DNA of 64,000 nt from the human T2T-CHM13v2.0 reference genome, Homo sapiens. The notes beneath the pieces are model-generated. The model ran no database searches, was not told the DNA's origin, and saw only the letters and a program-made list of their open reading frames with translations. The position numbers and the translations under genes are program-made. Positions within the stretch are counted from its first letter, which is position 1; each line of letters opens with the position of its first letter. Location of the stretch: NCBI RefSeq assembly GCF_009914755.1, contig NC_060942.1, one strand, 5' to 3'. Of the stretch, positions 55,501-64,000 are shown piece after piece.

Positions 55501-56855
55501 GAGGTTGTTTATTAAATTGGTTCCCAGTGTATAAAATGCGTATTTTCTTTGTAAACCTTTGCCTTTGTACCTTGGTTTGGACTTCTTTTTTTCCTATTTT
55601 TTAAAATAAATCTCAATTTTCTCAAAAGAAAAAATAATATACCCCCAAATGAAGCTCTGTGTTCTCTGAGCCTTTTTTATGGTCAAAATTCTTGACACTA
55701 AATATGAGCATTGAGTGAAAGACCCTTGAGAAAAGGTTAAAAAAATAAAATAAGTGAGAAGTTGCCTTTAAGAAAGGCCACCAAAGTGTGTTTTATTTTT
55801 CTGTGCCATTATGCCACTGGGTTGGCCACTGCTATAGGAAAAATTCTTTCTTATTATTACACTAAAGCTATTCTGTTTATTTGTTCAAATCTGAGTTTGG
55901 GTAAACATTTCCATATTTTCTGCCCCTTATGTTTTTGTTTTTTATAGAATTTTCATTAAATTGCTCTAATAAGACTTGTAAACAGCTAATAAAACAGTCT
56001 TTCCACTTTCTCTAGGGAATGTTACATTTCTGGGCAGGTGAGAACATGAACAAGTTATTAAAAAAAACTCCTATTGGAATCATTGACTTGGAAGATGATT
56101 TAGCTTTCCTTTTACATTAGAAACTTTGCTAAGGTCCAACATTCATAAAAAGAAGGTGGAGGAGAGCAAATCTGAGTGTGAAGCCTGTGTCATCAGTTGA
56201 TGGGAAGCAAGAAGATGATAAAAGGGTGCCACATTTTGATGACCTTTCTAGCATGTCTCACATTCTTGCTTTACTTGATTCTTCTAAATTATTTTCATAT
56301 TCAAACAAATATTGTGCTAACATAGCACCTAAAGTTTGTTAAAGAAGGCATTCGGGAAAATATATTCAGAGGGCATATTCACTCCTCTAATTTTCTCTAG
56401 TCGATTCTGACCAGAACCCAGATTAGAACTGTTGCATCCCTCCCTAAGTTTACCTGAGGCTTCTGGGAAGAGACGTGAGGAAAAGACAACTTGGCCTCGA
56501 CTTTAAAAAGGGCAGTAAAAGTCATCTTTAGAAACTAGCATGCATCCAGCAGAATTACTCCAGATTCCGTAAGAGCCAAAGCCCTGCCACCTACTTAGTC
56601 TAATCTACCCCTACTTAATATCTTGCGGTTGGTACTGTATACTGAATTCCCTTCATTTCTTGCACTATGCCGCTATACTTGATTGCTAAGGGTATGCCTG
56701 GCCACTCCAAGTTCTTGGTTAAAATTAGTCTAGAATTTTACACTTTCATTGAATCACAACTTTTTTTCAATCTTTTTACATTAGAATTCCTTTGAATGTC
56801 ATAATTCTTCTTTTGTAACTCTGTATATTATTATCAGTAATAAAAAACACTCTGA

Positions 56856-57170
<315 letters not shown>

Positions 57171-59235
57171 AATTATTTCAACTATTAAATAATTGTACTG
57201 CCATAACCATTACAATATGGAATTTGTCACTTTGTTTTGATTGATGCTCTCTTGGTCTAAAATACAGTGTTTTCTTTAAGAAAGATGGTTATATCTTTCA
57301 AAGTAAAGATCTTACATAAAGGGATAGTGTCTCAGTTTGTTACTAAAGATCTTTCATCAGCGAAAGGAAAGTGGAAAGAGAGTAAGGAGAAACCCACCAC
57401 AACTCTCCCAAGTTGTGACTGTAAACTTGTTCTGTATGTGTTATATTAATAACATTGTGATGCATTGATGTTTTCAAACTCCAGTCAATAGCCTACTTTT
57501 TATTACTCACAGAGAAGTGAAAGGAAGCAGGGAACCAGTGAGTGATTGCAAAGTGTATATGTTTAAGAGCATGTTCATCAAAAAAGCAGCTCTGGGTTAC
57601 GGTCTGAAAGGCATTATGTTATTAAACCAAGAACACTTGATCAGAAATCAGGAGCCTGAGTTCTAGTCTTAAATCTAGATTTAACTAACTTGCTATGTGG
57701 TTGGAAATTTGAATCAAAAAGGCCTTTAATTCAGCTAAAAAATGAGGGCGTTAGACTTGGTTTTGTGCCACACCACTTTCAGTTTGAAGCAATTATAATT
57801 ACATTATTTAGACTGAAAGTAGCTTTCTGAAAACCAGGCTATTAATGAACAGTAGACATGAATTATTATCTATAGTAATTTTATTTGAAATAATTTGTTT
57901 TTAATAAGTTTTTGGTACCAAGTAAAGGGGAAATGTTATAATGTCTTAGGACTAGGTTTCAGAGAAGAAATATGGCAAATAGCATCAAGCAGCCCACTAT
58001 GAAGAATTTGTGAAATGTCTAGTGCCTTAAATATCATGAAAGATAGAAAACATTCCAAAATACCTGAAATAGTCTCTTATTTATGCAGTCTCTTCTTTAG
58101 GGGAAGGCTCAAGTATAACCTTTTATAAAAGTATGATGCAATGAAGTGGCAAACAGTACAGTTCTATGAAGAAGTATGATAGAATTTCAGATAATGACAT
58201 GAATGAAGCAGTCTTATAAGAACAGTTGGGCTCTGACAAAAGTTTTAGAATGATTGATGGTTTGAACACAAAAGAGGGAATTACTCAATTAAGGCAGAGA
58301 AGTTAGACAGGGCATTCTGTGCTAGACATCTTTTAGAAGCTATAGGCAGCTTCTCTAATGCTGTGTTGAGTGACAATGGGTTTGTGAAGAACAAGTCCAA
58401 CACACAACTGGGAATCCTAAAGGGTTTCAACATATTTTGAAAGAATTTAATGACAATGAATACCAAAAGACACTATATTTATGGCTTACCAAAAATAGAG
58501 TGTCTATCAAGACAATCAAACCTGTAGACTTTCTTTTCCTAAAGACTTCTATGGAGCTCCTCTTTGGCATACAATAGAATGCACTTTCTTACATTAATTT
58601 CCAGGTACAGGTCTCTGACCAGGGCAATTATAGAGAAAATAGAAATTTATCTTAACATGCAGTTCCTAATAACTTCCCAGGGTGTAATTGCACTATAATA
58701 ATTTCATTGTGTATTTAACTTAGGCAACATTTTTAAAGAAAACATGTGTTGATGTTAAACACACGTATAAATGTTTAGTTCTATGGAGTAAAGCAGAAAG
58801 GATGTTTTCTAAGAGTTTTGTGTGCTCTTTTAGAATTCTAGTAAACAATTATGGCAGGTGTCCATGAACGTCTTTGTTCATGTACCACAAAAAGACTTTT
58901 GAAAAACTATTTACCCTCTAACATATTTTTAACTTGACATCTAAAAGTTTTTATCATAAACTTATGACACAAGGATACAAAATAAATACATTATAAATGT
59001 TGACATTTAAATATAAAATTGTTAAATTATTCTATTAAGTGTATACAATGGAAGCTAAATACTATGATTTGAAAGTGACCATCATTATTAAAACAGTAGA
59101 TGACAGGAAATTCCTTAATAATTTATCATTTTTATACTATGTCATCTTTTTGTTGAAAGAATTTAACTTTATCAATTGAAATAAATATACTCATACATAT
59201 CTCAATCTCACAATATCTCATTCTGAATTTTAATT

Positions 59236-59306
59236 GAGATAGATTTGTTAACAGATAGATGACATATGATAGAGATAGATAGATAGGTAGATATTTAGAT
59301 GGATAG
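59236..59306. repeat. Degenerate (GATA)n tetranucleotide repeat
   Basis: Read directly. Confidence 0.75.
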
Positions 59307-59317
59307 AAAATAAAGTT

Positions 59318-59622
59318 GGCTGGGCATGGTGGCCAATACTGTAATCCCAGCACTTTAGGAGGCCAAGGCAAGTGGATCACCTGAGGTCAGGAGTTCGAGA
59401 CCAGCTTGGCCAACGTTGTGAAATCCCGTCTCTACTAAAAATACAAAAATTAGCTGGGTGTGATGGTGTACGCTTGTAATGCCAGCTACATGGGGGCTGA
59501 GGCAGGAGAATCACTTGAACATGGGAGGGGAAGTTGCAGTAAGCCGAGATCATGCCACTGCACTCCAGTCTGGGTGACAGAGTGAGACTCTGTCTCAAAA
59601 AAAAAAAAAAAGAAAAAAGAAA
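59318..59622 (+). mobile_element. AluS element
   Basis: Full dimer with poly(A). Confidence 0.95.
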
Positions 59623-60039
59623 GTCAATGCACCATGGGGAAGATCACTCTAAGATCATTCTCTGGTAAGAGAAGGACAGTTGGCAAATAAGAGTTGGAGA
59701 AGGAGAATTGGACTCAGAATTTTTGGGGGGTAATATGAATTTTGCAATAACATATATTTTAGGGAATACATGGGCAGATCTTCAACTACATAGTTGTATA
59801 GTATAACATAGCATAGTATAGTATGTGTTCTCTGAAATTTTTCATGCCCAGTTGTCTCTAGGAAATACATGGCGCATTCCCATAAAGACATGCTCCAGTA
59901 TGAAATCTGCTTCAGAAAAGCAGACCTCCACATCCCTCCTCCCAAGAGTAGGTTCTGCTCCCATTATCAAAATTTTTATTTCCTCATTTCAGCATGGGCA
60001 CATTTCCTGCTACAGATCTCAGCTATGTGCCACATGCTC

Positions 60040-60230
60040 TAAATCTATTGTATAATTTAATCCTTTCAGAAGACCTGTGAATTGTGTCCTTTTTTCTTTT
60101 TTTTACAATTATAGTCATACAAAACTGAGACTCAAGGAAATTAAGTAAATTGTTCACAGTTTCATTAAAAAGAAAAGGCAAGTCTGGAATGCAACCAAAT
60201 CTGCCTAATTTCAACAATGTGTATCCCAAG
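60040..60230 (-). mobile_element. MIR element
   Basis: AAACTGAGACTCAAGGAAATTAAGTAAATTGTTCACAG core. Confidence 0.7.
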
Positions 60231-61737
60231 CCCTCTATCAACTTAAACAATGAAGAGGTTTTTTGTTACAGTTTTTGAGGAATCTACGGCTCTAATATTT
60301 TAAGGCTGTAAGATAGTGGCTGAAACAGAGTTTTGAGTGATACTAGAATTTTGGCCTGAATATAAAGCCAATATTTGACTCTATTTGAAAATGTTAGCTT
60401 ATTTTTCTGAAGCTTCTTTCTCAACAGGACCATCAAATTTTGAATAACAGAGACTTTTTTAACTTTAGAAAGTTAGAAAATAATCACATTGTCTCCAGAT
60501 TTCTTCCATGTGGCCCTCTTCAGTTATACGTGTCAATACAACATTTTTTTTAAGTGGAATGCCAAGATTTACCATCATATAATTCCCATGGGTATTGATT
60601 TCCTAGAATAATAAATAATTTGTTCTTCCAATTGTGTGTGGGTGTGTGTGAGCATAGGTAGGGTGATGGAATTTGGGAAGTGAGATGGAGAATAAAACAT
60701 TTGTTTAACTTTTGTCCTCTCATCTAAACAATGTATTTTTGCCTTGAGAGATTCTTATAACGTAGCAGTCAGTTCTGTGCTCTGCTCTTTTCAGAAAGAA
60801 TGACACACTAATTTTCACTTCAAAGCCTGACAGTTTGTAAACTTGTCTTACACCATTAATTTTGGAAGCCATCTTCCAATGTCTTTCAGGGAGAAATTAT
60901 CAGTCAACTGTGTTTGGTTTATGAAAATAGAAAAGCACTTCTGAAAAAACAGAAAATAAAAAGAAAGAAAATGGAGCTTTAAGTGGTTAAAAATCAAAAC
61001 CCTCAATTCTAGTGCATAACATGTCAATAAAAAGTAAAAAACAATGCTCAACTTGGTGAAAAACAGAAAAATAACACCATTTAGTTCAAGACTTTTTTAA
61101 GACAAACACTATAACATATAGTTGGCAGATAAAAACATGGAATTGTTCCAGACATACCTGCAACACCCACACATATACAAACACACAAAAAATAGTGGAT
61201 GTCTACTGCTTTGCTCCAGAATTGAAAGCAACCTAACTTTTAGTAGCTATTTTTAACAGATTCTATTTTAAATTTTGGCACAGTTGTAACCTTAAAAACT
61301 ATGTCATTTTCTAAACATAAGTGTAAACACATTGAAAGAAAGGAAGAATAAAACTGAAATTTTAGCATATAAAAACTTCCTGCTGTTGTTGTCTGAAATT
61401 CTTCACAATTTCATCCTTATGCTATCCCATACATGTTGCTCCTCAGCCTAAACCAATATTGGACTTCCAATACTGGCCACGTATTCCAAAGCACACACCA
61501 GGCAGAAAGTTACTTAGATATTCAAATCACCTCCACTCCCAGTTTACTTCATATTCGCCCCCAGCCTTCTCTGAAGCTTTGCATTTGAAGGGTTGCCTCC
61601 CTCTCTCTCCTTACCTGTGATTGGCCCTTTCTATGTGCCCATGATTGTTTTATATGGAATATGTTGTATAAAACCCAAATAAATCCTATGAGATACAGGT
61701 TAGTAATAAATAGGCTAGAGATGTTACGCAAAGTATA

Positions 61738-61969
61738 CCGCCATATTTGTGTAACAGCGTTTTGGTCCATCACAGATGGCATATGGTGCTGAAAATGTCA
61801 TAGCACAATGCATTACTCACTTGTTTGTGATGATGCTGGTATAAACAAACCTACCGTGCTGCCAGTTGTATAAAAGTCTAGCACATACAATTATATACTG
61901 GCAATAAACGACTATGTTACTGGTTTATGTGTTTGCTATACTATTCTTTTATCATTATTTTAGAGTGTA

Positions 61970-62006
<37 letters not shown>

Positions 62007-62007
62007 A

Positions 62008-62070
<63 letters not shown>

Positions 62071-62917
62071 CTTCAGGAGATACTCCAGAAGAAAGCATTG
62101 TTGTCATAGGAGATGACAGCCCCAGTTCTGTTATTGCCCTTGAAGACTTGTCAGTGGGACACGATGTGGTGGTGGAAGAAAGTAATATTGACGATTCTGA
62201 CCCTGTATAAACCTAGGCTAATGTGTGTATTCTTGTCTTAGATTTTAACAAAAAAAAAAAGTTTAAGAAAAAAGAAAAAAATTTTAAAAAAGAAAAAGCT
62301 TATACATTCAGAATATAATTTTTTTGTATAGTTGTACAATGTGTTTGTATTTCAAGCTAAGTGTTATTAGCAAACAGTAAAAAAGTTAAAAAATAAACAT
62401 TGATTAAAAAGTAACGGTAAGCTTACGTTAATATAGTATTGAAATAATAAAAATATTCTTAACTAAATTTAGTGTAGCCTAAATGTACAGGGCTTATAAA
62501 GCCTATGGTAGTGTCCAGTTATGTCCTAGACCATCACATTTACTCACCACTCACTGACTGATTCACCCAGGCCAGCTTCCAAACCTGCAAGCTCCATTCA
62601 TGGTAAGTTCCCTGTACAGGTGTGCCAAAAAACAAACAAAAAAAGCTTGATACTGTATTTCCGCTATATGTTGCCTATGTTGGGGTATGTGTACATGTAC
62701 AGATACTTATAATTGTGTTATAATTGCCTACAATATTCATTATAGTAACATGCTGTATAGGCTTGTAGCCTAGGAGCAATAGCTATATCATACAGCCTGG
62801 ATATGTGGTAGGTTATACCATCTAGGTTTGTGTAAGTACACTCTAGGATGTTTGCACAACAGCGAAATTTCTTAATGCATTTCTCAGAATTTATCCTTGT
62901 TAGGTGATGCATGACTA
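61738..62917 (+). mobile_element. Tigger3b-like (TcMar-Tigger) non-autonomous DNA transposon
   Basis: GCATTACTCACTTGTTTGTGATGATGCTGGTATAAACAAACCTAC, CCAGAAGAAAGCATTGTTGTCATAGGAGATGACAGC and terminal GATGCATGACT flanked by TA; ~1.2 kb. Confidence 0.88.
61970..62067. repeat. Compound (CT)n / (AT)29 microsatellite
   Basis: Read directly; pure AT run 62010-62067. Confidence 0.97.
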
Positions 62918-63224
62918 TATGTGGTTACATCATGTAGACATTTTTGTATAGAATTAAGATGCATAAATTTCAGACTTCAAATGTGATTCATCCATTGTGT
63001 GACACTGCTTCTCAAATTGGTGATTAACTGCCTATGTGATCACCTGCAAACAAAAGGTTTGAAGGTATCAATTCTAGTTTTAGTTCTGCTGCTACCTTTG
63101 GTCTTGTTTTCTAATATTGTGATCCTCAAGATCCTTCATTAAAAATATGCACAGTGATATTCTCTTCCATTTATTCCTGTTGTCCTATTTACCATAACTA
63201 ATGGGGGTGATAACTATTTACTTT

Positions 63225-63575
63225 TGCTGTGGACTGAATGTATATGTTCTTACTAAATTCATATGTTGAGATCCTAACCCCCAATATGATGATATTAGGA
63301 GACGAGGATTTTGGGGAGGTGATTAGATTCTACCCTTATAAATGGAATTGATTGCTTTAAAAGGAGACTCCTGAGAGCTTTCTCACTCTTTTTGCCATGT
63401 GCAAACATAATGAGAGAATCACTTATGAACCAGGAACCAGGCCCTCACCAGACACTGAATCAGCCAGCGCCTTGATTCCGGCCTCCCCAGCTTTCAGAAC
63501 TGTGAGAAATAAATGTTTGTTGTTTAAACCACCTATTCTATATTTTTATTATAGCAGCCCAATTGGACTCAGATG
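63225..63575 (+). mobile_element. MLT1A-like MaLR solo LTR
   Basis: TGCTGTGGACTGAATG...TTCATATGTTGAGATCCTAACCCCC...CAGAACTGTGAGAAATAAATG...TTATAGCAGCCC. Confidence 0.88.
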
Positions 63576-64000
63576 AATTGCATTGGTTAAAATTGAGGCA
63601 GTATGCAAATAGTTTTGCCAACAGTATCTGACTTACTCTTTATAACATTAGTTTGAGGAGTTATTCATTTTATAGATAGGAATCTGATATATTACTTATT
63701 TTTGTGGCATAATTCTGAGAAGTAGAGTCAGGATTCGAAGTAAGATTTGTCTGAATAATGTAACTAGATTCTTACTTGTAGGTTCCCTCTGCCCTGTTAC
63801 ATCATTCCTAGAAAAATGAGAGTTCAGAAAGAGAAAAAAGTTTTGGAATATTCTGGAAGGCCTATAGAGAAGTAGAAATTAAATAGTGCCTCAATGGTAA
63901 GCTGTTTCATTAACCACGGAGAAAAACAAGGTGAATTTGAGTAATGGCTTATTCTCAGGAACAAGTCCTAACCTGTAAAAGAACAGATTTTAAAAGGGTC

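Noticed and set aside
61914-62210. ORF with IYIYIY run and acidic tail
   Set aside because: Microsatellite plus Tigger3 remnant; not a transposase gene

Overview
AT-rich primate (most likely human) genomic DNA, intergenic or deep-intronic; I recognise no intact cellular protein-coding gene. The dominant feature is a full-length, inactivated L1PA4-like LINE-1 (8792-14918, minus strand, perfect 17-bp TSD). There is also a 5'-truncated RPL17 processed pseudogene (38592-39223, minus) interrupted by a MADE1/Hsmar1 MITE. The rest is 12 dimeric Alus plus one FLAM monomer, MaLR/ERVL LTRs, DNA-transposon fossils (MER1, MER58, MER63, MER5, Tigger3), a stack of ancient L1 5' ends, MIR/L2 fragments and microsatellites. 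Unique stretches hold candidate enhancers (including an octamer cluster) and a few exon-like segments that cannot be validated from sequence alone. I found no convincing new biological system. Repeat subfamily names come from remembered consensus sequences and need RepeatMasker/Dfam confirmation.
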